A DNA stretch of 64,000 bases from an uncultured Clostridia bacterium. Its GTDB lineage: Bacteria; Bacillota; Clostridia; TANB77; CAG-508. This document shows, in pieces, positions 47,640-56,800 of this stretch. The notes below the pieces were generated by a model. The model was not told the DNA's origin. It did no database searches and worked only from the letters and a program-made list of their open reading frames with translations. Positions within the stretch are counted from its first letter, which is position 1. Each line of letters opens with the position of its first letter. Location: assembly GCA_944391755.1 (NCBI GenBank), contig CALXUT010000011.1, positions 11,261-75,260 on the forward strand, written 5' to 3'. The translations under genes were made by a program, and so were the position numbers.

Positions 47640-48644
47640 ATGAGTAGAAGGAGCAGAAGAAGTAGAAGAAAATTAAATTCTTTGTTTATGACATTATTAT
47701 TAACAGGTATGTTATTACTAACTTCAACATATGCATGGTTCTCTGCAAATAAAGAAGTAGCACTTGAAGGAATCAATGCACAAGTTGTAGCAGCAGAAGG
47801 TTTGCAAATATCTCTAGATGGGGAATCATGGAGTTCTAAAATAACGATAAATGCAACTACATTAGGACAAGCTGTAGACAACAAATATAGGTGGCCCACA
47901 GCATTAACACCAGTATCTACAGTAGGAGCAACAAGTTCTGGAAATATGAATCTATTTTATGGAGATGTTAATGCTGAAGCTACAGAATTAACTAATGTAG
48001 CAGCAGAATCAGATGCAGGTACAACAAAATATATTGTATTTGATTTATATTTTAAAAATTCTTCATCAAAAGTAGATGGAGATATCTTACAATTAAATGC
48101 TGGATCATCAGTAGCTATTGCAGCAGATGGAAAACAAAATACAGGACTTGAAAATTCTGTTAGATCAGCAGTTGTATTATATGAGAATACAGCATTGATG
48201 ACAGATGATGGAGAAGCTATTAGAGGTATTGCCGCAGGAACACCAACTGTATGTATATGGGAACCAAACTATAATAAACATATATCAGAAGTTGTAAAAA
48301 ATGATTCAAGAATACCAGCAGATGATACAGTATTTACAACATTAGGGTTAAAAGCAACTGGAGGAGGAACTGTTACAGGAATTGATGCAGCAAATTTGGA
48401 TACACCTAATGAGAACTTGGGAGAACAAAATACTTTGCAAACAGATGGAAGTGTTACAGGTGCTGTCAATATGACAAATTTAGGTGGAAATGATATGAAG
48501 TTAGCACAAAATGCAGTTATGAAAGCAAGAGTATATATATGGCTAGAAGGACAAGACCCAGATTGTATTGATACAGCTTCTACAGGTAAATCAATTGATA
48601 TCGTAATAGGATTCACAAAACCAGCAGTTAAAGATGGTCCATAG
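47640..48644 (+). CDS. Putative major fibre subunit B (tandem paralog of 46596-47600)
   Basis: Same 334-aa length with near-identical N- and C-terminal thirds. Divergence is concentrated around residues 225-295. Confidence 0.65.
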   Translation: MSRRSRRSRRKLNSLFMTLLLTGMLLLTSTYAWFSANKEVALEGINAQVVAAEGLQISLDGESWSSKITINATTLGQAVDNKYRWPTALTPVSTVGATSSGNMNLFYGDVNAEATELTNVAAESDAGTTKYIVFDLYFKNSSSKVDGDILQLNAGSSVAIAADGKQNTGLENSVRSAVVLYENTALMTDDGEAIRGIAAGTPTVCIWEPNYNKHISEVVKNDSRIPADDTVFTTLGLKATGGGTVTGIDAANLDTPNENLGEQNTLQTDGSVTGAVNMTNLGGNDMKLAQNAVMKARVYIWLEGQDPDCIDTASTGKSIDIVIGFTKPAVKDGP

Positions 48645-48667
48645 TAGTTTAATATAGATTATAGGTT

Positions 48668-48699
48668 GAGAAAATAGAAATTCTATTTTCTCTTTTTTT
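48668..48699 (+). terminator. Rho-independent terminator
   Basis: gagaaaatag / ctattttctc stem followed by a T7 run. Confidence 0.8.
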
Positions 48700-48752
48700 C
48701 TGACGAAGTTTTTATAATCTTTCTGATTTTTTTACGACTTAAATTTTACTTA

Positions 48753-48850
48753 AGAAAGAAATATATCCTATTTTGAAATCAAAGACCCATAGGAAGACCC
48801 CAGCTATGTTTTTGATAAAAAATAGGATATATTTCTTTTTTAGACGAATT
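48753..48850 (+). repeat. Hairpin element copy 4 (subtype A)
   Basis: Arms aaagaaatatatcctatttt / aaaataggatatatttcttt (perfect 20 bp). Core gaaatCAAAGACCcatAGGAAGACCccagctATGTTTTTGataa. Confidence 0.8.
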
Positions 48851-48892
48851 CTATAAAAAAATAAAAAAATTAAAAAAATATATGGACATATA

Positions 48893-48921
48893 TTTTTTTT
48901 TCTTATATAATGTACTGGATA
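48893..48921 (+). promoter_or_regulatory. Sigma-A promoter with A-tract UP-like region
   Basis: TGGACA, 17-nt spacer, TATAAT, preceded by aaaaaaataaaaaaattaaaaaaata. Confidence 0.55.
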
Positions 48922-48957
48922 AAATAGGTAAAAATAACGAAGAAAGGGATGTCATAT

Positions 48958-49086
48958 ATGGAAATTAGTGAAATCAATTTAAGCCAAATATCACATGAAG
49001 AATTAATTGATATCTATACTAGGACAAAGGATTATATTGAATTTTTAGAAAATGAAGAAAAATCAAATGAGGTGGAGAAGAAATAA
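48958..49086 (+). CDS. Small 42-aa acidic ORF, translationally coupled to the next gene
   Basis: ATG 48958 follows aaaggga. The stop TAA overlaps the next ATG (TAATG at 49084-49088). It is below the ORF-track length cutoff. Confidence 0.4.
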   Translation: MEISEINLSQISHEELIDIYTRTKDYIEFLENEEKSNEVEKK

Positions 49087-50696
49087 TGAGTAGTCCAATA
49101 GAAGTTTTAAATGAAAAAATAGATACAGATAAAGAAATATTATCTGTTATGCCAAAAAACACAAAGAAAAATACAGAAATTTATTTAAATAAAGTAAAAG
49201 AAATCAAACAGAATTATCAAAGTTATTTAAATGAAATTATTGCAGAAATTAAAAAAAGGGTAGAAAAAATTGATGCTATTCAAGAAAATCCAGAAATCAA
49301 AGAAGTGGAAGAAGAACTAAAAAAATTCGAAGGTTTAGATTTACTTGGAGCTGGAAATACTTCCTATGAAAAGATGAAATTAGATGAGTTATTATTTATA
49401 TTGCGTAGATTTTATAAAAACAATTTAGAACAAGTCAATAATAATATATTAGCATGTATTAGAAAATTCTCAGAAGTAGGAGTAGAATTAAAACCAGAAG
49501 ATTTTAACTATAGTCCTTTTGCAAGAAGATATATGAAAGTATTTTTCAAAGAATATAAAAAAGGTGATGTTAATTCTCAAAAGATGAAAGATACATTTGA
49601 AAAACTATATTGGGAATGTTCAGATATCATTGTTCATATAGAATTAAATATAAGATATTTATATTTAAAACACGAAAAAGAAATCGAAAGACATTTAAAT
49701 TCTGAAAATAAAGAAGTATTAAAAGATTTAGAAACATCAGATAAGGACTACTTAGAAAAATTTAGAACATTAAGAGCAAAATTAGATGATTTACAAGGAC
49801 CTGATAAAAGGTTAATGTTAAATAAATTCTTAAATAAAGAATTAGATGTCAATAATTTTGATCAAGTAAATGTAGATAGAGAATTTTCAAAAATGTTACA
49901 AAATCCAATGGATACATACACAAAAACAGATTTAATGGAAATTAGAGAAAATATTGTAAAATTATCAAAAACATTAGATGAATACAAAAATTATTTAGAA
50001 TATAAATTTGTATTTGATGAATTACTAAAAATATATAAAGAAAAAGATAAATACAAAAATGGTTATGAAAAGCAGAAAAAAGAAATACAAAAATTAGAAA
50101 ATAAATTAGTAAAAACAAACAAAAAATATGAAAGAACAGATAAATTCAAAGAAGTAATATTCTTTAAAAGAAATAGTGTAGAAAAACTAAAAACTATAAC
50201 GATTGATATTAATAATCAAATTTCAGCAATAAAAGATTTATATAGAAAAATTGATGATGATAAAGTATATGATAAAATTGCAACAATGTTGACAGATAAT
50301 TCAACAATATATGATGCACTATTTTTAGCAGGTTCTTTCTATACATTTCTAGTAGAAGCAATCATCAAACAATTTCCAGACATTCTTGAAAAAGATATTA
50401 ATGCCAAAGTTGCAGAAATAAGAGAATTTCTAACAAGTCCGTATATAACAATTCTCAATAATGTAACCATAAAAGAAGAAAAAGATATTGCTCTTATGAT
50501 AAAAGATAAATACAATTTATTTAATATTAAAATTGAAAAAGAAGATTTAGATGAAACATCCATAAATGTTTTAAGTAGTACAGTACATTCTATTGTAAAT
50601 GCACATAATTTAGAAAATAGTGGCTTAGACCTTAATGATGTGAAATTCATGTTAAGAGCAACGAAAATCTTAGAAGATTTAAAAACGGGAGAATAA
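49086..50696 (+). CDS. Cytoplasmic coiled-coil protein, hypothetical (536 aa)
   Basis: No signal or TM. Lys/Glu-rich heptad-like sequence throughout. No catalytic motif recognised. Confidence 0.6.
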   Translation: MSSPIEVLNEKIDTDKEILSVMPKNTKKNTEIYLNKVKEIKQNYQSYLNEIIAEIKKRVEKIDAIQENPEIKEVEEELKKFEGLDLLGAGNTSYEKMKLDELLFILRRFYKNNLEQVNNNILACIRKFSEVGVELKPEDFNYSPFARRYMKVFFKEYKKGDVNSQKMKDTFEKLYWECSDIIVHIELNIRYLYLKHEKEIERHLNSENKEVLKDLETSDKDYLEKFRTLRAKLDDLQGPDKRLMLNKFLNKELDVNNFDQVNVDREFSKMLQNPMDTYTKTDLMEIRENIVKLSKTLDEYKNYLEYKFVFDELLKIYKEKDKYKNGYEKQKKEIQKLENKLVKTNKKYERTDKFKEVIFFKRNSVEKLKTITIDINNQISAIKDLYRKIDDDKVYDKIATMLTDNSTIYDALFLAGSFYTFLVEAIIKQFPDILEKDINAKVAEIREFLTSPYITILNNVTIKEEKDIALMIKDKYNLFNIKIEKEDLDETSINVLSSTVHSIVNAHNLENSGLDLNDVKFMLRATKILEDLKTGE

Positions 50697-50713
50697 TAAC
50701 TGAAAGGGCAGAT

Positions 50714-51322
50714 ATGGAAGATTACTATAATGAAAAAATCAATAAAAAACACAAGACAAAAATAATAAAATCAATATTGGTAAAGCTAATTTATATTTTA
50801 GCTTTACCAATCATTATTTGGAATTTATCCATGATTATTCAAACAATACAAAATCCATATGAAACACCAAGTATGTTTGGAATAAAGATATTTTGTATCA
50901 TATCAGGAAGCATGGAACCAAATATATCCGTAAATGATTTAGTTATCATAAAAGAAGTACCACAAGATGAAATTCAAGTAAATGATATCATTTCTTATGA
51001 TATCAATGGAGAAATTATAACACATAGAGTTGTTGATATATATGAAAATGCTAATGGAGAAATACAATATATTACACAAGGGGATGCCAATAATATTGAA
51101 GATAGCACTCCAATAATATATGAAAATATAGAGGGAAAATATATAGGAAAAATACCTCAAGTAGGAAGAATAGTTTTGGCATTGAAAAGTAAAACAACTT
51201 TAGGAATTGTATTAGCAATTTTAATTTTATTATATATTTGGGAACAAAGAACAAATTCAAAGAAAATTAGAAGAAATAATGAAAGAATAGAATATGAAAA
51301 ACAAAAAAATAAAACAGTGTAA
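50714..51322 (+). CDS. sipW: Signal peptidase I, SipW/ER type (S26B)
   Basis: N-terminal TM, SGSMEPN serine box, ITHRVV histidine box, QGDANNIED box, C-terminal TM. Confidence 0.85.
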   Translation: MEDYYNEKINKKHKTKIIKSILVKLIYILALPIIIWNLSMIIQTIQNPYETPSMFGIKIFCIISGSMEPNISVNDLVIIKEVPQDEIQVNDIISYDINGEIITHRVVDIYENANGEIQYITQGDANNIEDSTPIIYENIEGKYIGKIPQVGRIVLALKSKTTLGIVLAILILLYIWEQRTNSKKIRRNNERIEYEKQKNKTV

Positions 51323-51332
51323 AAACTGTTTT
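51311..51332. terminator. Short bidirectional hairpin spanning both convergent stop codons
   Basis: aaaacagt / actgtttt stem. Confidence 0.4.
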
Positions 51333-53097
51333 ATTTTCTTTTTCCTTTTCCTCTTGATGGAGGTACATTATAAACGATATTAAAACATGAGAATTTATCT
51401 AATTCATTATCATCCAAGCAATCTAAGTAAATATCTAATTCTTTTAAATTTTTACAAGCAGCAATAACTGCTGGATTTAGATTTGATTGGAACATTAATT
51501 CAAAACCTAATTCAATGGCTTCTTTTAAATGTCCATGTTCTTTTTTCTTAATTAATTGGTATGCTTCTCTAAATCTTGATTTTATAGGATTTTTAAAATT
51601 ATCAGTAGGGATAATATATTCATTTTGTATCAGATCTTTTACAGAAGAATATTTTTTCTTGTTTTTCTTGTATTGTCTTTCAACATCTGATAATTTATAA
51701 GGAAGAATGACTTTATTATCTTCTTCTGAAATAATTAAAGTATCATTATCTTTAGAAAAATCAATTTCATCATCTTCATCCTCATCTTCTTCAATGACTG
51801 CAACTGGTTTTTTGGTCTTTTTCTTTGTAACAGGTTTTTCTTCCTCTATTTCTTCTGGTTCAAAAGTTTGCATAGGTGGTGGAGTAACAATTGGTGTAAC
51901 TAGTGGTGCTTGAATAACTGGTGATTGCACAGGTGTTTGAATAGCAGGTTGTTGAATTGGTTGAGGTATTACTGGTTGAATTGTTTGTGCAGATTGTACA
52001 ATCGGTTGAACCATTTCAGAAACTTGTATAGGTTGTACAGGTGGTTGCATAGGTGGTGGTTGTATTGGCTGAACAGGTTGTTGCTGTATAGTTTGGAAAG
52101 ATTGAGCTGTTACAATTTTTTCTGGTATTGGTTCATCATGATAAGGGGTTACAGAATAAGTTTTTTCATGTTTTGCTTTTTTAATAATAGTAGGTTCTTC
52201 GAATTCGTCACAAAATGTAATTTCATTTTTTAAAACAGAAATACTTAATGCTTTATTATTAATACCAATCTCTATAAAATTTTTATTTCTATCAATTCTA
52301 GAAACATTAATGTAAGATGGTACTTCAATTGGCATATTGGTGATAATAAAATATCCAGAAGATTCTCTTGATATTAATAAAACATTTTCAGAATTAGAAA
52401 TCTGAACACCAATGGTTTTTATTGTAAAATTGAAATTATCATCTTCTATACAAACAGTAGCAGCTTCTTCATTAAATAAAACTTTGTAGGTATCTTGCAC
52501 AGTAGAGATAGCAAGGATATCATTATCTGATTTTGGGAAAAAGCATAATAAATCTGAAGATGCTTTATCTGTAATTTCTTTTATATTTCTGGAAACACTT
52601 CTTTTCATTCTTGTTTTTTTATCTGTTCCCATAATAGCTTGTTTTGCTTCATCTAATTTTGATTTATTCTCTTTTGAACTGCTAATGGTTTTATTAGAAA
52701 TGGCAGATAATTGTTCAAAAGAATTAATGGTTTTTTGTAAGATTTCTCTTACAATATTGATATTTTTTTCAACTTTTGTAAATAACTTATTATATTGTTC
52801 TACATTGCTTTTTACAGAGTTTTTTTGTTCTAAAATAATATCTAAAATATTATATAAATTTGTTAAATCTGTTGTATTAATTCCTATTTGTAATAAAGCT
52901 GTTTCTAAGCTTGCTAATAACATATTTTTAAAAACTTCATCATTTGCAAAAGTAATTGAGATTTCCTCAATATATGTATTAATATAATTTTTTAAACTAT
53001 TTTGAGAAAGTTGAAGTCCGTCAATTAATGCCATTTCTTTTGTAATAATGGTATCAAATTGACTTGAATTTTTTAATTCTTCATCATAATTAATCAT
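51331..53097 (-). CDS. Hypothetical 588-aa protein with central Pro/Gln/Val/Ile-rich repeat and acidic linker
   Basis: Helical N-terminal region, QP(I/V)-type low-complexity tract (about 51.9-52.1 kb), EEDEDEDDE run, conserved-looking C-terminal domain. No TM seen. RBS aagaggag on the minus strand. Confidence 0.6.
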   Translation of the reverse strand: MINYDEELKNSSQFDTIITKEMALIDGLQLSQNSLKNYINTYIEEISITFANDEVFKNMLLASLETALLQIGINTTDLTNLYNILDIILEQKNSVKSNVEQYNKLFTKVEKNINIVREILQKTINSFEQLSAISNKTISSSKENKSKLDEAKQAIMGTDKKTRMKRSVSRNIKEITDKASSDLLCFFPKSDNDILAISTVQDTYKVLFNEEAATVCIEDDNFNFTIKTIGVQISNSENVLLISRESSGYFIITNMPIEVPSYINVSRIDRNKNFIEIGINNKALSISVLKNEITFCDEFEEPTIIKKAKHEKTYSVTPYHDEPIPEKIVTAQSFQTIQQQPVQPIQPPPMQPPVQPIQVSEMVQPIVQSAQTIQPVIPQPIQQPAIQTPVQSPVIQAPLVTPIVTPPPMQTFEPEEIEEEKPVTKKKTKKPVAVIEEDEDEDDEIDFSKDNDTLIISEEDNKVILPYKLSDVERQYKKNKKKYSSVKDLIQNEYIIPTDNFKNPIKSRFREAYQLIKKKEHGHLKEAIELGFELMFQSNLNPAVIAACKNLKELDIYLDCLDDNELDKFSCFNIVYNVPPSRGKGKRK

Positions 53098-53137
53098 AAT
53101 CTTACTCCTCTTAAAAAATTTTCGTAATTCAATCTAA

Positions 53138-53166
53138 ATTATAACATATAAAAAATAAATTTCCAA
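53138..53166 (-). promoter_or_regulatory. Extended -10 promoter for 51331-53097 (minus strand)
   Basis: On the minus strand: TTGGAA, 17-nt spacer, TGtTATAAT. Confidence 0.55.
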
Positions 53167-53173
53167 CAAAAAA

Positions 53174-53234
53174 TACAAAAAAAATACAAAAAAATATGTA
53201 ATATATTTGTAATAAAAATGTAATATAAATGTAA
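53174..53234. promoter_or_regulatory. Helically phased TACA/TGTAA / A-tract array (6 units, 11-12 bp spacing)
   Basis: TACA at 53174 and 53185, then TGTA at 53197, 53208, 53219 and 53230. Contains the 20-mer ttgtaataaaaatgtaatat (53207-53226), identical to 45734-45753. Confidence 0.6.
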
Positions 53235-53253
53235 TATGAAAACAAGTGAAAAA

Positions 53254-53284
53254 TGTAGAAAAAAAGTTGTATTTGTGATATACT
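53254..53284 (+). promoter_or_regulatory. Putative extended -10 promoter for the giant-adhesin operon
   Basis: TGaTATACT at 53276-53284. The -35 is weak. Confidence 0.35.
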
Positions 53285-53331
53285 TTTTGATAGATAGTAG
53301 GATTTTGTCACAAGGATGAATGGAGGGAATC

Positions 53332-53877
53332 ATGAGTAGAAAACGCACCGTTTTACATTCACGTGAACGACACAGAAATAGAAATTACAAAAGAAGAATA
53401 AGAAACTTATTTTTGGAAATTTTGTTCATAATCATATTCGTATTTGTGGCAATCAAATTTGTAAAAAATGATGAAGAGACACCTACGGTAAAAATGCTTG
53501 GAACAGAAGAACAAAAAGAAATCATAAATAATGAAATGAAAGAAAATAATGATGTCAATCATGAAAATAAAAATGAAAGAGAATTACAAATACCAGAAGT
53601 AGAAAAAGATGGGATTACAATTATAAAAGCAGTCATGACTTTTACAGAAAATCAAAAACAATCCATTATTAACATAGAAGTCATGAATTATGGAAAAGAA
53701 AAAAATTCAAAGAAAATACCAATCAATTTGGTAGATAGTTCTGGAACAGTATTAGAAGAAACTTATGTAAATGTTCAGGAATTAGAACCAAAGGAACAAA
53801 TTCGATTAAACATTGTATGTGAAAATAATTTAAGTGAAGCGACCAAAATAGAAATTCGAGATGAAAGAGTATATTAG
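53332..53877 (+). CDS. Membrane-anchored small extracytoplasmic protein preceding the giant gene
   Basis: MSRKRTVLHSRERHRNRNYKRRIRN basic N terminus like the other cargos, plus one TM. ATG 53332 chosen by analogy with the MS(R/K)RR starts. Confidence 0.55.
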   Translation: MSRKRTVLHSRERHRNRNYKRRIRNLFLEILFIIIFVFVAIKFVKNDEETPTVKMLGTEEQKEIINNEMKENNDVNHENKNERELQIPEVEKDGITIIKAVMTFTENQKQSIINIEVMNYGKEKNSKKIPINLVDSSGTVLEETYVNVQELEPKEQIRLNIVCENNLSEATKIEIRDERVY

Positions 53878-53886
53878 GAGGAACGA

Positions 53887-56800
53887 ATGAAACATTTGGT
53901 AAAAAACAAGAAAAAAATGTTAAAAAGAAAAATGATAAATACAGCATTTCTTTTAATATTTTCTGTTATAGCCGTATCTACATATTATACAGCGAATTTT
54001 TCAAGAGCAAAAGATATTGTAGAAGTAAGTGTAAATATAAAAAATGCAGAGCAACAAGACAAAGAATCAAAACTTACTTTAAATGCTACAGCAGGAAGTG
54101 ATGGAGAATCTTTTTATGTAAAATTGCCTGAATATATAGATAATAAAAAAGTAATCAAATATTCTTATTATTTAGAATCAAATAAAGATATAACAACTTC
54201 TCAAGAACAAAATTCAGAAGATTCAAAACAAACAGTAGAAAACGATGAGGATACAGTACAAGAAAGTAATATATTAAATGAGATAGAAACTACTCAAGAA
54301 GAAAATGAAATAACAGTAGATGAAAATCTAATTTCAACAGAAAATACAACTGAAGAAAAAGTAAATTCTGATATAACAGATAAGAATGAAGAAGTTCCAA
54401 TAGATGAAATAGGACCAAATGATGTATTACCAGAAAGTAAAATATATTTAACTTCTGGAGAAATAAGAGATAAAAAATTAACAATATTGGCACATTATGA
54501 TACAAAAGAAGTAGATGGAAAAATTTTATATAATCAATTATTAACTCAACAAATAAATGATAGTAATATAACAGTAACTGGATATATGCCAGAAAATGCA
54601 CAATTAAATGTTACGGAAGTTGATAAAAAAGGTGTACAAGATACAATTAGAGAACAAGCTTCGAAGCCTGTAATATTAGCAGTTGCATATGATATAAAAA
54701 TAAAAATAGGAGAAGAAATATTTGAACCTTATGATGTTGCTGAAAATTTAAATGTAAGCATTGAAAAAGCCTCTTTAGAGAATAAAGAAGTAAATGTATG
54801 GCATATTGATAATGATAATAAAGTAGAACAATTAGAAAATAATCAAGAAGATAACACATCAACAATAACTACTGATGGTTTTTCAGTTTTTGCATTAGAA
54901 GATGTAGAAGCAACAACACTTGCAATAGATGGAATGGCAGACAGTGTATTAACAATAGATGATGCTGCATCAGATAGATATTATTGGCTTGGAAAAAATT
55001 ATACAGATGATATATCAGGAGAATATAGAGGAACATATACAGATTCTAATTTAGCTAATGTAACAATAAATTATTATGCATATGCTAATGGAGAAATAGA
55101 TCCAGAAAAAGTAGGATATGTATCACTTACAGAAAGATATAATGTTATTACATATAAGAAAACTTGTCCAATAACCAATGGAAATGTTTCAATAGAATTA
55201 ATAGATAACCCATTTATAGATAGACCAACAGGCTATGGTTTTGGTGGTTGGACCTCATCAGATGGTATTATAAAAACAAATTTATATACTAATACTCAAA
55301 CAATAAGTACAACAGGCTCAACTAATTTAACATTAAATATATATGCAAACTGGACAGTTGCAACTGTTGTATATGTAGATAGTAATAATGGTACAGATGC
55401 AAATGATGGAAAAACTCCTACTACTCCAGTTGGTTCTTGGGGAGCAGCATTAAGCATAATAAGAAATAATTCAGCAAATATAAATGATAGAGAAAATAAT
55501 ATAGTTGTAATGATGTCAGATATGGATACTTCTATTAATTATACAACACCAATTTCATTAATAACGACAGTAACAGGAGATGTAACATATTCATCTAGTA
55601 CATCTTTTACATCAGGAAATGAATATGTTCTTTCAAATGGAACAGGTTCTGGTGATGATGCAATAACTGCAAATGGTAATTCAATATCTAATACACAGTT
55701 ATCTGATACGACAGCTCCTGGAGATGATGCTAAATGGATAATAACACAAAGTGGAAGTGGATATACAATAAGAAACGTTGCAACAGGTCAATATCTATCA
55801 TACAGTAATGGATTGAGAATGCAAACAAGTCCTTTTGTATGGAATTACTACAATCGAAGATTTTATTGTAATAGATCATGGAGAAATTATTATATACGTT
55901 TTAATAATAATAATTGGACGACTGTAACGAATCAAAATCAAGGAACTCAATTTTATTTTTTAACATATAGCATTGAAAATGTGAATGAAGAACAAGAAAT
56001 AATAAAAGGAAATACAGAAACAAATAATAATTATACCAATTCAAATAATGTAGCATTTACATTAACAGGGCTATATGGTCATGTAGATTATAGAACAAAT
56101 GCAACATTAAATTTAACCAATAGATCTTATTTTGATTTTGAAATATATAATGATTTTCAAATGGAATATATAAATATAAATGCAACAGGATATACATCTA
56201 ATAGTGATGGTACTGTTTTTTCAGATTCATATCCTTGGCTTTATGGTAGAACTAATAATGTAAGAATAGGAAGAGGAATTACTGTTGCTGCAACCGGAAA
56301 TAGTGCAGGGACATTTGCTAATGTATTAGGTGGAACGAATACAGGGACAACTGGAAGTAGGAATAATGATGATAATGAATATAAATTAGTTATTGAATCA
56401 GGAAAATATTCTTCAATACAAGGTTTTAATAAATATCAAAGTGAAGCATCTTATTATGGAACAATATACTTAATATTAGGTAGTGATATAGATAGGGCTA
56501 TAGGCAATAATAATGATTTATCAGTATATTATAGGACTACAATTAATTCTGGGTATGGAGTTAATGGAAAAGCTAATGTAGATGAAATGTCATTTTTAAT
56601 AAATGTAAAAAGTGGAAATTTTGGAATGGATTATACGGAAATATATCCAAATAGTACAGATAGAGCTTATGCAGGAATATATTTAGGAGGATATGGAACT
56701 TCAGCAACAGAAGGAGGATGGTTTACTTCTGAAACACGAGACATAAGTGATAGATATATGATTGTTGAAGGTGGGCAAATCTCAAATATAATAGGAGGTC

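Noticed and set aside
47225-47899. 224-aa minus-strand ORF spanning the junction of the two tandem subunit genes
   Set aside because: It is antisense to two well-supported plus-strand genes and runs through their intergenic RBS. Its low-complexity product (LLLLLLLL run) has no start context. It is a typical shadow ORF.
24711-48850. Hairpin elements interpreted as integron attC sites or as plain Rho-independent terminators
   Set aside because: For attC: no integrase gene, orientations are mixed, and no GTTRRRY core sites are present. For terminators: the stems are AT-rich and lack a following T tract. Two copies also sit just downstream of separate canonical GC-stem/T-run terminators.
51515-52233. 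Plus-strand ORFs 51515-51700, 51707-51913 and 51925-52233
   Set aside because: They are antisense to the 588-aa minus-strand gene. Their products (poly-Ser, Leu/Trp/Tyr-rich) are mirror images of its acidic and Pro/Gln-rich tracts.
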